Below are positions 54,493-64,000 of a DNA stretch of 64,000 nt, one piece after another. The DNA is from an uncultured Defluviitaleaceae bacterium. GTDB lineage: Bacteria > Bacillota > Clostridia > Lachnospirales > CAYPQA01. A program made the position numbers and the translations under genes. Every line of letters starts with the position of its first letter. Position 1 is the stretch's first letter. Where the stretch lies: assembly GCA_964611385.1 (NCBI GenBank), contig CAZSXS010000006.1:26-64025 (forward strand). The letters run 5' to 3'. The notes under the pieces were generated by a model. That model had not been told where the DNA came from and searched no databases. It worked only from the letters and a program-made list of their open reading frames with translations.

Positions 54493-54532
54493 AAAAAGGT
54501 CCATGAGCTTTGATTGGCTCATGGACCTTTTT
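54493..54532. terminator. Bidirectional terminator
   Basis: AAAAAGGTCCATGAGC...GCTCATGGACCTTTTT. Confidence 0.8.
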
Positions 54533-54593
54533 GTATACTTCTTCAAATTAGCTGACAGCTGGTGGGTGTTGGAGGCCCCATGCCCCAAGCTCT

Positions 54594-55886
54594 TTATTTG
54601 CTTAAGCCCTTCATCGGAAGAATGATTTTTACTTCTGTTCCAACACCCTTTTTACTTGTGATCTGTACTTCACCTCTGCACTGCGCGTTTATTCGCATCC
54701 GTACGTTGTCTATCCCCAGATGGGTGCGCTCCTCGTCTACTGCTCTGCTCTCATCAAATCCTATACCATCATCCAAAACGATGATGCGTACGGAATCATC
54801 TGCACGTTCACTTTTAATGTGGATTGTGCCGCCCTCTTCCTTCATGCTAATACCATGCCGGACCGCGTTTTCCACAATCGGCTGGAGTGTAAGTGGTGGA
54901 AGCATAAAGTCTCGGAAACGAATGTCCCACTCAACATTCAAGCGGTCTTCAATCCTCATTTTTTCAAGGTAAAGGTAGTCTTGCACATGACTAAGCTCTT
55001 TGTTGAAGCTGATTAAAGGATTTTCGGTAAGGGAATCCAAATTGCTCCGTAGAAAAAATGAAAAATGTTCTATGGCCTTGGAAGCCCGCTGTGGCTCGGT
55101 GTCACAGAGTTCTTTAATACCAACCAGTGTGTTATAAAGGAAATGCGGTTGTATTTGACTAAGCATGATGGCTACTCGGCTTTGAACCAGTTGAAGCTCC
55201 TTTTCCTTCAGCATCTTTGAATACTGAGCTTGCATACCAACATAAATGATGGTGATGGTGATGGTTGAAGCAATGTAAACCGATACAAAGCCGTAAACGA
55301 GCATTTGAATTACAACCGCGACAACAGGAAGGACGATGTAAGCGGCAAGCCCTAGCGTTTCCAGTCGGTTCAGATATTTGCGATTTTTAATAATCACCGA
55401 TGAATTGAGTATTAAACCAATAATCCCAAGTACCTGTGAAAGCCAATACAGGTTCTGTCTGTGGTATATGTTGTTTTCATCTATAGTGAAGTACATATTG
55501 TTTAGCAGGGATAAAAAGGTTAAAGCGATGGCTAAGCCGCAAACACCATAGACAAGGTAAACCGATGTCCGTTTGATTTGAAGTTTGATGGCTAAATAGG
55601 TGTTTATGTAATTGGAAAAGCACATAATAATCACATAGCTAAATATGAACGTACAGAAATTTCCGATAAAGTTTAGGACATAGAACTTCGGTTCTGTTTT
55701 ACCGATGGAATAAAATGCCAGCGCATCGCTCATCATCACTGCAATGTTTGAGAGCAAAACCCAAATAAAAACACGGTTGAGTCGGATTTTTAAGTTATCT
55801 CCGACTAAAATGCAAATCAGAAATACCAAGCACAATACGCTGCTAAAAATCTCAATCGATATGTTTGTGATTATCGTTTTGGTCAT
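54594..55886 (-). CDS. Sensor histidine kinase, LytS/YehU (His_kinase PF06580-type) family
   Basis: A multi-TM N-terminus, IQPHFLYNTL (the H-box of this family) and a GHKL ATPase domain (N-box ENAVRHG, DDGIGF). Confidence 0.8.
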   Translation of the reverse strand: MTKTIITNISIEIFSSVLCLVFLICILVGDNLKIRLNRVFIWVLLSNIAVMMSDALAFYSIGKTEPKFYVLNFIGNFCTFIFSYVIIMCFSNYINTYLAIKLQIKRTSVYLVYGVCGLAIALTFLSLLNNMYFTIDENNIYHRQNLYWLSQVLGIIGLILNSSVIIKNRKYLNRLETLGLAAYIVLPVVAVVIQMLVYGFVSVYIASTITITIIYVGMQAQYSKMLKEKELQLVQSRVAIMLSQIQPHFLYNTLVGIKELCDTEPQRASKAIEHFSFFLRSNLDSLTENPLISFNKELSHVQDYLYLEKMRIEDRLNVEWDIRFRDFMLPPLTLQPIVENAVRHGISMKEEGGTIHIKSERADDSVRIIVLDDGIGFDESRAVDEERTHLGIDNVRMRINAQCRGEVQITSKKGVGTEVKIILPMKGLSK

Positions 55887-56026
55887 TATCTGTGTTCCTC
55901 CATGTAAGGCATACCCTCGGCGGGTATTTTTTTGCTTCCATTAATTAACTGCTCATTATCTGCGCTCTCACAGAATAGTAACTCCGTTTGGAAATAATAC
56001 TAAAAAAAACTAAATGGAGGTATTAT

Positions 56027-59000
56027 ATGCAAAGTAAACTAAAAAAGTTAATTTTTCACTTGCTTGTACTCGTAATGACTTGCGCTCTTTTTCCTATAGA
56101 TGTATTTCCACAAGTAGCAGATCATACACAATCTTCAAACAACATGCAAGCCCAAAGTTACTACAGTACAGAAAACCCACCGGTGTTCTATGGAGCCCAA
56201 ATGATTCAGCTTGGGTTGGGGCAAGCCTTTGATTTAAAAGATCCTAGGTTCAGGGTCTTTGCTAAGGACTTTGAGGATGGCGATTTGAACAAGCACATTC
56301 AGATCGTCTCCAACACGGTAAACACGGCTGTACCGGGAACTTATGAAATCCAGTATTTCGTCACGGACAGCCACGGTAATGGGGCGAACCTTAGCGTTCC
56401 CGTACTGGTGGATGCTTCCTATGGCAACAAGAAAACTGTACAGCGCTTACTGTACACCATCCCTGCAACCCCCAATACAGATCGAATCGGTTATAACCGC
56501 GCAGTCTATCATGATCGTCAGCAACTGGGAATTGATATGCCGAAAGGTTCTGAGATTACTGCTCGCATAGTCAATGCCCAGGAGTACGGCCGAGATCTTG
56601 AGCTGTACATGCGCTCCGATGCTAATGCGTCTTCCATGGCTGTGCGGATTCCTGCTGACGGATCACTGGTGTCTGTCACAAACAAAGCCTCATCAGGTAC
56701 GGATCCGTATGCCGACCAGTTCATTAGCAATACGGTAGTAACCCGTGACAGCGTTCCTTTTTTTACTTCACCTCATGGGGTCTCTGTTCAGCCCGTGGTT
56801 GAAATCGAGTATTATGACGATGCGGTACAACCTTTGGAGCTTTACGTATTCGGGGACGACCAGGATGCTTTCTTTGACCACTGGGATACCTCCAATTCGA
56901 AGTACGGCGTGGCTGAGTCTGAACGGGTGACTTTGCTGGTACCTCGCCTCGACAGGCGCAGCATGGTACACATGCCCACCATACGAAACGGCTTGAGCTT
57001 GAAGTTTTTTACCAACGGACAACGTTTCGGATTTAACCAATTAGATCCATTCTACTACAAATATGTATGTTTTATCAACACAAATGAAGTCATAGATACC
57101 AATACGGAAGCGCCCCATTACAAGGCCCATAGTATCTGGAACAACGTGAATAAGGATAACAGCTTCTCCTTACACTGGGACGCGGGTACCTCTACCTTAA
57201 GCTATACCTTTAACAGCTATGATAACATCGGCGACCACTTTACAATCAACCCACAGGAGTTGATGGGAAGTAATTCTGCCTGGCTGCTGCTGTCAAGCAC
57301 CGCCCAGTCCAGCTTCCAAATGACCCAGTTTCAGTATGAGGGTGAAGCGGCCATTACCGATTTCAACACCTTTTTTGGTGTACCTATTGGCGACTATAGT
57401 CCTACTATACAAAACAACAGCATCTCCTTTGTCCGGGATCGCTGCGCCGGAGTGTACAGCCGGAACAAGATGGACTTAAGCAAGAGCTTTACCTTAAGCG
57501 GTATGCTGAACATCTTAAACGGAGGTGACACAGGTCTCGCCTTCACCCTGCACAACGACCAAAAGGGCAATAGGGCCTTGGGCTCCAATTATCGTGGCTT
57601 GGGCGTTTTTGGCAATCGCTCTGCCTATTCCTTTGATACCATTGATGAACTTCTGGCCTATTATGATGACTTTCTGGATGTCTTTGACGACCTGTCCGGC
57701 CTGGAACTGAACCCGACAGAAGCCTATAATCAGAATGTACGCACAAAAGGCTTTGTTACCGCCAGCATCGGTGGCCCCGGCATGGCCTATTACTCTCCCG
57801 CTCTGACGGGTCAATCCTCTGCTACCATGAGCGGTTATTTGTCAAAGGGCTGGCTGTCGCTCCATGAGTTCGGGCACGGCTACGAAGGCAGACTGGGTAA
57901 CGCAGGCGTTTATCTGGTTGATGTTTTGAACAATGTCCTATCCCATTATTATCAATTGACTTACCTGCTGCCGGGCGAATATGGCTGGCTGGGGGAAATC
58001 AAGAAGAATGAGTCTTTTTGGATGAACGAACTGGAAAGCTACGGCAGCCTCAGAACCGTCCCCAACTATAGCACTAGACTGTATTTCTTTGTAAACCTGT
58101 TGAATAAGATCGGCCCAAGAGAAGGAATGCGGGCAGTGCATACCGAAACACGCCGTCAGGCGGAACAGGGCATTTTTAATGAGTCCACCGAAATTATGGG
58201 CAAGGCTTTCACAGACTGCTCCGACTATAATGTGCTACCCTATATGAATGCCTGGGGTCTTACGGTATCCCCAAACCTGCGGGCTGAAGTCTATGAGTCC
58301 CAAAAGCCTATGTTGTATTTCCTTGCCCACATCGTAGGCATTGATAAGGCTGAAAGCCTACTGGATGAATTGGGGCTGCAAGGCTGCTATGACTTGGTAT
58401 CCAATGCAGAGATCGCCGATCTTGTGCAAACTGGCACGCTAAGTGTCAACATTGGCATTGACGACATTAACCGCTTAATCGGTAAGACGCTACAGCTCAA
58501 AGATGGAAACCGCATCGTTGCAGAAGAGTTTATCAACGGCAGCAGCGTAAGCTTTAACAACATCAAAGCGGGTATTTACGAAATCAAGCTTCCGAACCCA
58601 GATGGCTTGTATGATTTTGATTACTATACTGTACTGATTCCCGAAGGGCAGAGCGTAAGCAAGGATGTCCGTTACACCCGTATGAACAGCAGCAGCTTGC
58701 CGTCCTCCAGCCGTATCGTTGTCAACGGCCTGTCTGATGCTGAAAAGGCATACGTAGACTATAACCTAAGCGAAGGTACTCTGCATGTGCTTGCTCATGC
58801 CGGTGCGCCACATGTTTACTTTAGCAATCAGTATTTTTCCATTGAGATTCTGGATAAGGCCAATCAGCTGGTCTTCAGCGAAAGTCGCTTGGGTGCAACT
58901 TCCTATGAAAGACTGGACGTAAATATGCCGGTGGAGCTGGGCTACAAAATCAGGCTGTACCATGCAGAGCCGGGACGGCTGCAAATTTACGACAAAGAAT

Positions 59001-61321
59001 TTTTACAGAAGCCTGAATTTACAGCTGTGAATCGCAACAAAGTTTTTGAGTTTGAAGTCACTGAGTTTGGCTTAAAGGATTTGTATGCCAATTTATCCCC
59101 AGAGGCGAATGAGGAGCAAGTTTATGCTCGCTTAAAGAACAAGATAGAGTTGTTGATTCAGCGTACCAGACAATTGATCCCCGCAGACAAGCTTACAGAC
59201 CCCCACAGCTACCAACATTTGCGCAATCAAGTTTTGGCGGCCATCTTCACCTTGAAAACCACCGACCCAGATCGAGAACGCTATGTACGGGAAAACAGTG
59301 ACTTTATCTCTGTCCCAGGCAATAAGCTTCTTTATATAGAAGAACCACAAACCAGGAGCATACCCGCAGGTACCGCAAATACCCCTGAGGCCTTGGGCTT
59401 GCCCTCTGAGGTCAATATCATTACTTCCGCCGGTGTCCGCCAGGCTAGCGTTTTCTGGGACTTCCAGAATTCCGGTTATAACCCGCAGCTCAGCCACGGT
59501 ACTCGCTTTAAAGTAAAGGGCTTGGTCAGCATCCCCGGAGACATTGAACTCATGATAAACGACAAAACAGCCGTCCAAGCAAACATCGTAACCCAGTCCG
59601 AAACCCTCTATTATAACGACTTCGAAAGTGGCGAACCTGGTGCATGGACTTGGCAGCAAGGCGCAAGCGTTGTGGACGAGCCGGGACATGGCAAGGTTTT
59701 AAAGCTGACAGGTGTGGTTCCCAACAATTCAAATCGCAATGTCTGCCTTGACTCCCCGGACATTCAAAACGGTACGCTGGCCTTTGATGTGAAATTTTCG
59801 GAGATTCAAAAATGGGGCGCCTGTATAAAGGCCAGTGTAGACAGCAATAACAATATAACCCATGTATTCTCCATTGACACGGAGCCAAGCCAGCGCTGGT
59901 GGGAGGAATCCCTCACTCACTGGTCGCAGCTGCCCATCGTTCGACCCATCGAAGCCAATAAATGGATGAACTTTGTCCTTGTCTTTAACGGGAATCAGTA
60001 TGACCTGTATATAGACGAGGCTCATTATGGTAAATTCACGATGAGCACCGAGGGGCTTAAGCCCGAAGTCAGCGGCAAGCTGGCCTTTCGGCTTTGCAAC
60101 AACGCTTCTATGTATATTGATCATTTGCAGTATGACAAGACCCTTGCCGAGCCTACACTCTATTATGTGAACTTCAACACCCAGGGAGGAACAGCCATTC
60201 CCAGCCAAGGGGTACAGGTTTTGGTTGCCGACAAGAAAGCAACGCGACCAGAAGACCCAGTGAAAGAAGGCTATGACTTCACCGGTTGGTATAAGGACCC
60301 CGCTTATACGCAGCCTTGGGATTTTGAGAACGACAAGGTAAGAGACAGCATCAGCCTATACGCTAAGTGGGCGAAAATCGAAACCTATCACAGCGTAAGC
60401 TTTAATGCAAATGGAGGTTCCCACCTTGCGCCCGTCCATGTGGTCAGCGGCCAAGTTCTTAGCAAGCCGACAGACCCCAGCCTAAGTCATTATCGCTTTG
60501 CCGGTTGGTACAGGGATACTGCTTTAACCACCCCGTGGAATTTTGAGACGGACGTAGTGACTCAGGACCTAACGCTCTACGCCAAGTGGGAGGCCATACA
60601 ATATCTCATCCTCTTTGAAACCAACGGTGGTAGCAGCATAGAACCCCTCACAGCCGCTAGCGGAACCAAGCTTCCAAAACCCCTTGACCCCACGTTAGAA
60701 GGCTTTACCTTTGACGGCTGGTACAGGGATGCGGAATGCACACAGCCTTGGGATTTTGAGACTGAGCTTGTGAGTGAAAATATGATTCTCTATGCAAGAT
60801 GGCAAATCATACCGGAGGAAGAGAAGCCTGAGGAGTTGCCTGAAGAGAAGCCTGAGGAGTTGCCTGATGGGAAACCTGAAGAGCTGCCTGAAGAGAAGCC
60901 CGAAGGGCTGCCAGATGGAACTCCAGAAGAAACACCAGGCGTAGGACAATCTTACAAAATAAAAGGTAAGATGACCATTGACTTTGACCTTGACGTAACA
61001 CCCATCACCAATGACCAGGATCCGTCTGCAACTAGATATCAATTTGATACCCAGATTAACGACATCAAAACGGAAATGGATAATTCATCTGAAGCTAGAA
61101 GCAGAAGGAATCAGCCCCTGCCCGATGCCTCCAAAGCAAATAAAGTATCCAAAGCCGCTGAACCAATCCCAGTCCTCTACGACAACCCCTGCGACAGTTC
61201 CTCCATCGTGGAGCCTAACGAGGAGAAAATACAGCAGATAATAGAAGAATGGGAATCGCAAAGCATTAATACCCCTATCAATAATGATGTACAGAATATA
61301 GGTATAAACCAGAGACACTAA
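56027..61321 (+). CDS. Large secreted multidomain protein: M60-like zinc metallopeptidase region, lectin-like domain, 4 Listeria-Bacteroides (Flg_new) repeats, Pro/Glu-rich linker
   Basis: ATG at 56027 after GGAGG, with a signal peptide. HEFGHGYE is an HExxH motif with a nearby Glu. There are four repeats of about 70 aa, of the form Y.V.F..NGG......V..G....P.DP...GY.F.GWY.D......W.F. The M60 assignment is tentative. Confidence 0.65.
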   Translation: MQSKLKKLIFHLLVLVMTCALFPIDVFPQVADHTQSSNNMQAQSYYSTENPPVFYGAQMIQLGLGQAFDLKDPRFRVFAKDFEDGDLNKHIQIVSNTVNTAVPGTYEIQYFVTDSHGNGANLSVPVLVDASYGNKKTVQRLLYTIPATPNTDRIGYNRAVYHDRQQLGIDMPKGSEITARIVNAQEYGRDLELYMRSDANASSMAVRIPADGSLVSVTNKASSGTDPYADQFISNTVVTRDSVPFFTSPHGVSVQPVVEIEYYDDAVQPLELYVFGDDQDAFFDHWDTSNSKYGVAESERVTLLVPRLDRRSMVHMPTIRNGLSLKFFTNGQRFGFNQLDPFYYKYVCFINTNEVIDTNTEAPHYKAHSIWNNVNKDNSFSLHWDAGTSTLSYTFNSYDNIGDHFTINPQELMGSNSAWLLLSSTAQSSFQMTQFQYEGEAAITDFNTFFGVPIGDYSPTIQNNSISFVRDRCAGVYSRNKMDLSKSFTLSGMLNILNGGDTGLAFTLHNDQKGNRALGSNYRGLGVFGNRSAYSFDTIDELLAYYDDFLDVFDDLSGLELNPTEAYNQNVRTKGFVTASIGGPGMAYYSPALTGQSSATMSGYLSKGWLSLHEFGHGYEGRLGNAGVYLVDVLNNVLSHYYQLTYLLPGEYGWLGEIKKNESFWMNELESYGSLRTVPNYSTRLYFFVNLLNKIGPREGMRAVHTETRRQAEQGIFNESTEIMGKAFTDCSDYNVLPYMNAWGLTVSPNLRAEVYESQKPMLYFLAHIVGIDKAESLLDELGLQGCYDLVSNAEIADLVQTGTLSVNIGIDDINRLIGKTLQLKDGNRIVAEEFINGSSVSFNNIKAGIYEIKLPNPDGLYDFDYYTVLIPEGQSVSKDVRYTRMNSSSLPSSSRIVVNGLSDAEKAYVDYNLSEGTLHVLAHAGAPHVYFSNQYFSIEILDKANQLVFSESRLGATSYERLDVNMPVELGYKIRLYHAEPGRLQIYDKEFLQKPEFTAVNRNKVFEFEVTEFGLKDLYANLSPEANEEQVYARLKNKIELLIQRTRQLIPADKLTDPHSYQHLRNQVLAAIFTLKTTDPDRERYVRENSDFISVPGNKLLYIEEPQTRSIPAGTANTPEALGLPSEVNIITSAGVRQASVFWDFQNSGYNPQLSHGTRFKVKGLVSIPGDIELMINDKTAVQANIVTQSETLYYNDFESGEPGAWTWQQGASVVDEPGHGKVLKLTGVVPNNSNRNVCLDSPDIQNGTLAFDVKFSEIQKWGACIKASVDSNNNITHVFSIDTEPSQRWWEESLTHWSQLPIVRPIEANKWMNFVLVFNGNQYDLYIDEAHYGKFTMSTEGLKPEVSGKLAFRLCNNASMYIDHLQYDKTLAEPTLYYVNFNTQGGTAIPSQGVQVLVADKKATRPEDPVKEGYDFTGWYKDPAYTQPWDFENDKVRDSISLYAKWAKIETYHSVSFNANGGSHLAPVHVVSGQVLSKPTDPSLSHYRFAGWYRDTALTTPWNFETDVVTQDLTLYAKWEAIQYLILFETNGGSSIEPLTAASGTKLPKPLDPTLEGFTFDGWYRDAECTQPWDFETELVSENMILYARWQIIPEEEKPEELPEEKPEELPDGKPEELPEEKPEGLPDGTPEETPGVGQSYKIKGKMTIDFDLDVTPITNDQDPSATRYQFDTQINDIKTEMDNSSEARSRRNQPLPDASKANKVSKAAEPIPVLYDNPCDSSSIVEPNEEKIQQIIEEWESQSINTPINNDVQNIGINQRH
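60818..60937 (+). repeat. In-frame 24-bp tandem repeat (5 units) encoding an EEKPEELP-like linker
   Basis: GAAGAGAAGCCTGAGGAGTTGCCT and variants with a 24-nt period, in frame. Confidence 0.85.
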
Positions 61322-61346
61322 GCTGGAAACACTAAAACCAAACGTA

Positions 61347-61378
61347 AAAGAACCCGCCAGAAACTGGCGGGTTCTTTT
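61347..61378. terminator. Bidirectional terminator
   Basis: AAAAGAACCCGCCAG...CTGGCGGGTTCTTTT. Confidence 0.8.
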
Positions 61379-61465
61379 ACGTAAAGCCTATTTTAAGGAT
61401 ACTGCGAACATTGGATATTTTTTTACATTCATTTATTCTAGCCCCTTAATTTTGAAAAACTGAAT

Positions 61466-62734
61466 TTACCCTTCTATCTTATTTAAAGTCTGCTCAATAT
61501 CCTCAATAATATCGTCTATGTTTTCTAACCCCACCGAAAAGCGGATCATACCCGGATTGATTCCGGCTGCAACGAGTTGCTCATCTGTCAGCTGACGATG
61601 GGTTGCACTGGCGGGATGCAGTACACAGGTTCTGATGTCTGCCACATGTACTTCCTTGGAGGCAAGCTTAAGTCCGTCCATAAACCGGATGGCCTTTTCT
61701 TTACCGCCCTTGATGATAATCGTAATGACACCACTAGTGCCCTTAAGATACTTTTGAGCAAGAGCGTAATAAGGGTCACTTTCTAGCCCTGGATAGAGTA
61801 CAGCTTCTATTTTATCGGAGGCCTTAAAGTATTTTGCTACGCTTAAGGCGTTCTGACAGTATCGCTCCATCCGCAGAGAAAGCGTCTCTAGCCCCAGATT
61901 CAGTAAGAATGCTGAGTTGGCAGCTGGATAAGCGCCATAATCACGCATCAGCTGCATCCTGGCTTTGATGATGTAGGCGGCCTTTCCGTAGGTATCGACA
62001 TAGGATATCCCATGATAGGATGGATCAGGTTCGGTAAAGTCCGGAAAGTTTCCATTGGCCCAGTTGAAATTTCCGCTGTCAACAATTACGCCGCCTACTT
62101 GTATGGCATGACCGTCCATGTATTTTGAGGTGGAGTGTATAACGATGTCAGCACCGAAAGATATGGGTTTGCATAGAATCGGTGTGGCAAAGGTATTGTC
62201 CACAATCAGCGGACAGTTGTGCTTATGAGCGATCCGTGCAAAGCGCTCAATATCAAAAACCGTCAGTGCAGGGTTAGCGATGGTTTCGCCGAAGACGGCC
62301 TTTGTGTTGGGCTTGAAGGCTTTTTCTATAGTTTCATCGTCAGCATTGCAGTCAACATAAATACATTCAATGCCCTGTTTTTTAAGCGTAACTGAAAAGA
62401 GATTTAAGGATCCACCGTAAATTTGCGTCGTGCTAATGAAGCTATCTCCGGCCTTACAAATGTTTAAAATTGCAAGCAGGACAGCAGCCTGTCCAGAAGA
62501 AGTACACATGGCAGCGACTCCCCCTTCGAGGTCGGCAATCTTATTTTCAACCGCCATAACGGTGGGGTTTGCAAAACGTGAGTATATCAAGGCCTTGGTC
62601 GGCTCATCAAAGACCGCCCCTATGTCCTCCGTGGAATCAAAAACATAGGTCGTACTCTGGTAAATCGGCATCACTCTTGGCTCCGAGTTTTTGGGGCTGT
62701 AGCCCGAGTGCAAGCATTTTGTTTCATCTCTCAT
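61466..62734 (-). CDS. PLP-dependent Cys/Met-metabolism enzyme, O-acetylhomoserine sulfhydrylase-like
   Basis: Family pattern: YQSTTYVF, YSRFANPT and HSTSKYMDGH (PLP lysine). Confidence 0.8.
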   Translation of the reverse strand: MRDETKCLHSGYSPKNSEPRVMPIYQSTTYVFDSTEDIGAVFDEPTKALIYSRFANPTVMAVENKIADLEGGVAAMCTSSGQAAVLLAILNICKAGDSFISTTQIYGGSLNLFSVTLKKQGIECIYVDCNADDETIEKAFKPNTKAVFGETIANPALTVFDIERFARIAHKHNCPLIVDNTFATPILCKPISFGADIVIHSTSKYMDGHAIQVGGVIVDSGNFNWANGNFPDFTEPDPSYHGISYVDTYGKAAYIIKARMQLMRDYGAYPAANSAFLLNLGLETLSLRMERYCQNALSVAKYFKASDKIEAVLYPGLESDPYYALAQKYLKGTSGVITIIIKGGKEKAIRFMDGLKLASKEVHVADIRTCVLHPASATHRQLTDEQLVAAGINPGMIRFSVGLENIDDIIEDIEQTLNKIEG

Positions 62735-62805
62735 AGTGGTTCTCCTCCTAAAATTTTATAAACCAAGTATACAACAGATTTCAGATATAGGGTAACACCA
62801 AAAGA

Positions 62806-63738
62806 CTATAATTTGATATAGCCTCGTTCTATACTCAGCTCCGCGGCAATCCGTTTCAAAGCAGCCAGATAAATTTCCCCCAAGTGCGTCAGGGTAACGT
62901 CCTTATGCATAATAGTACCGACTTGAATTTTTTCATCCACGTCCAGCGGGACTGCGATGATATCTTCGCCGTGGAGGTATTCCGGGAAGACTCCGGTAGA
63001 GATGGTATAGCCGTTTACGCCGATCATCAGATTAACGACTGCCGCTCTATCACTGACCTTGATACTTTTTTTAACACTACGTGTACTTAGGATTTCCTCG
63101 GAGAAATAGAAAGAATTATGCTCGCCCTGCTCAAAACTCAAACAGGGGTAGACATCCAGCTCCTCAAGGGCAATGATCTTATGATTGGCCAAGGGGTGGT
63201 GTTTATAGATAAAGATATGGGGACTGGCCACGAAGAGCTCATCAAAAATTAGGTTACTCTCCTTCAACAGCTTACTGATTACAGGTTCATTAAAACGGCT
63301 CAAATAAATCAGGCCGATTTCACTCTTCAAGTTTTTGACATCATCAATAACCTCAAAAGTTTTCGTTTCACGGTAAGTAAACTCATACTCCTCAGCGCCA
63401 AACTCACGAATCAAGTCCACAAAAGCATTAGCAGCAAACAAATAATGGTGCGTGGAGACGGAAAAGCGCTGCTTGGAGGGGATGCCACTCAAATATTTTT
63501 CTTCCAACAATTCTGTTTGCTGGACGACCTGCCTGGCATAACCCAAGAACTCATTTCCTTCAGCTGTAATGGAGACGCCACGATTATTCCTAACAAAAAT
63601 CGTAATTTTAATCTCCGATTCCAGTGCAAGGATGGCATTCGAAAGGCTAGGCTGAGAAATAAAGAGGCTTTTTGCCGCTTCATTAATCGAGCCTTTATCA
63701 GCAACCGCTATAGCGTATTTTAGTTGTTGTAGTGTCAT
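62806..63738 (-). CDS. LysR family transcriptional regulator
   Basis: ATG at 63738 (MTLQQLKYAIAVADKGSINEAAKSLFISQPSLS HTH), with a LysR substrate-binding domain. Confidence 0.85.
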   Translation of the reverse strand: MTLQQLKYAIAVADKGSINEAAKSLFISQPSLSNAILALESEIKITIFVRNNRGVSITAEGNEFLGYARQVVQQTELLEEKYLSGIPSKQRFSVSTHHYLFAANAFVDLIREFGAEEYEFTYRETKTFEVIDDVKNLKSEIGLIYLSRFNEPVISKLLKESNLIFDELFVASPHIFIYKHHPLANHKIIALEELDVYPCLSFEQGEHNSFYFSEEILSTRSVKKSIKVSDRAAVVNLMIGVNGYTISTGVFPEYLHGEDIIAVPLDVDEKIQVGTIMHKDVTLTHLGEIYLAALKRIAAELSIERGYIKL

Positions 63739-63790
63739 TAAGACCAACCCCCCTTTCCCTCTCCTTTCAAAAAAGCCGGACTTGGGTTGG
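63737..63790 (-). repeat. Copy C of the ~50-nt start-proximal repeat
   Basis: The sense strand reads CCAACCCAAGTCCGGCTTTTTTGAAAGGAGAGGGAAAGGGGGGGTTGGTCTTAAT. The LysR ATG is embedded in its last bases. Confidence 0.8.
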
Positions 63791-63951
63791 AGTTAAGGCT
63801 TTTCATAATTTATTGAAAAGCCAAGATTTTCCCCTGTGTTTTTGAAAGGCAACTTATTTATGATTGTCTGGTTTTTTTAATTATTATACCGCATCGCCAA
63901 GTATAAATGCAAACGCACATCTAGGTATGCTTATTAAAATCCAAGGGATAC

Positions 63952-64000
63952 TATACTCAATCTCTAAGCATTTTCTTGGTCAAATTAGAACAAAGGGGTT
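63952..64000 (+). repeat. Probable left end of another copy of the dispersed ~100-nt repeat, cut by the window edge
   Basis: TATACTCAATCTCTAAGCATTTT resembles TATACTCAGTCTCTAAAACATTTT. Confidence 0.5.

Noticed and set aside
62735-62805. Looked for an S-box/SAM riboswitch upstream of the sulfhydrylase gene
   Set aside because: Only 71 nt separate it from the LysR stop, and none of the conserved SAM-I elements are present.

Overview
This 64-kb chromosomal window comes from a spore-forming Firmicutes/Clostridia-type genome. Supporting markers are spo0A, soj-spo0J, T-box and TPP leaders, and the rpmG-secE-nusG-rplK-rplA-rplJ-rplL cluster.

Gene content, left to right:
- 1..6750: the right-hand end of an integrated element (AAA/PD-(D/E)XK protein, a long sigma-70-family protein, a histidine phosphatase). 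Its large serine recombinase gene runs into a 3 x 39-bp tandem repeat and then into an N-terminally truncated feoB.
- spo0A and the ribosomal/nusG cluster, with no rpoBC after rplL.
- An MFS transporter and a HAD hydrolase.
- A TPP riboswitch with thiT.
- soj-spo0J and a TipA-type MerR regulator.
- A Leu (CUC) T-box with a stand-alone long-form leuA, overlapped by a URO-D-family gene.
- A GH38 remnant and a GH2 gene.
- A sialoglycan locus: RpiR regulator, LplABC-type ABC importer, two sialidase-like proteins, two SGNH esterases and nanA.
- lhr followed by a tightly packed dtd-cupin-thpR unit.
- An AT-rich chemoreceptor gene, then dcd.
- A 531-aa coiled-coil membrane protein coupled to valS-folC.
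- Several uncharacterised small genes.
- An orphan LytS-type kinase divergent from a 1764-aa secreted M60-like protein.
- A LysR regulator and a PLP sulfhydrylase.

I did not see rRNA, tRNA or CRISPR. ORF-track start codons were re-evaluated, and two short genes missing from the track were added: rpmG and a DUF951 gene.

Most notable unexplained signals:
1. The recombinase/feoB junction with its in-frame triplicated 39-bp unit.
2. A dispersed, roughly 100-nt nested-hairpin repeat family with at least seven loci. It brackets dcd in inverted orientation and usually sits in sense orientation in 5' leaders.
3. A roughly 50-nt repeat placed directly on the translation start regions of soj, leuA and the LysR gene.
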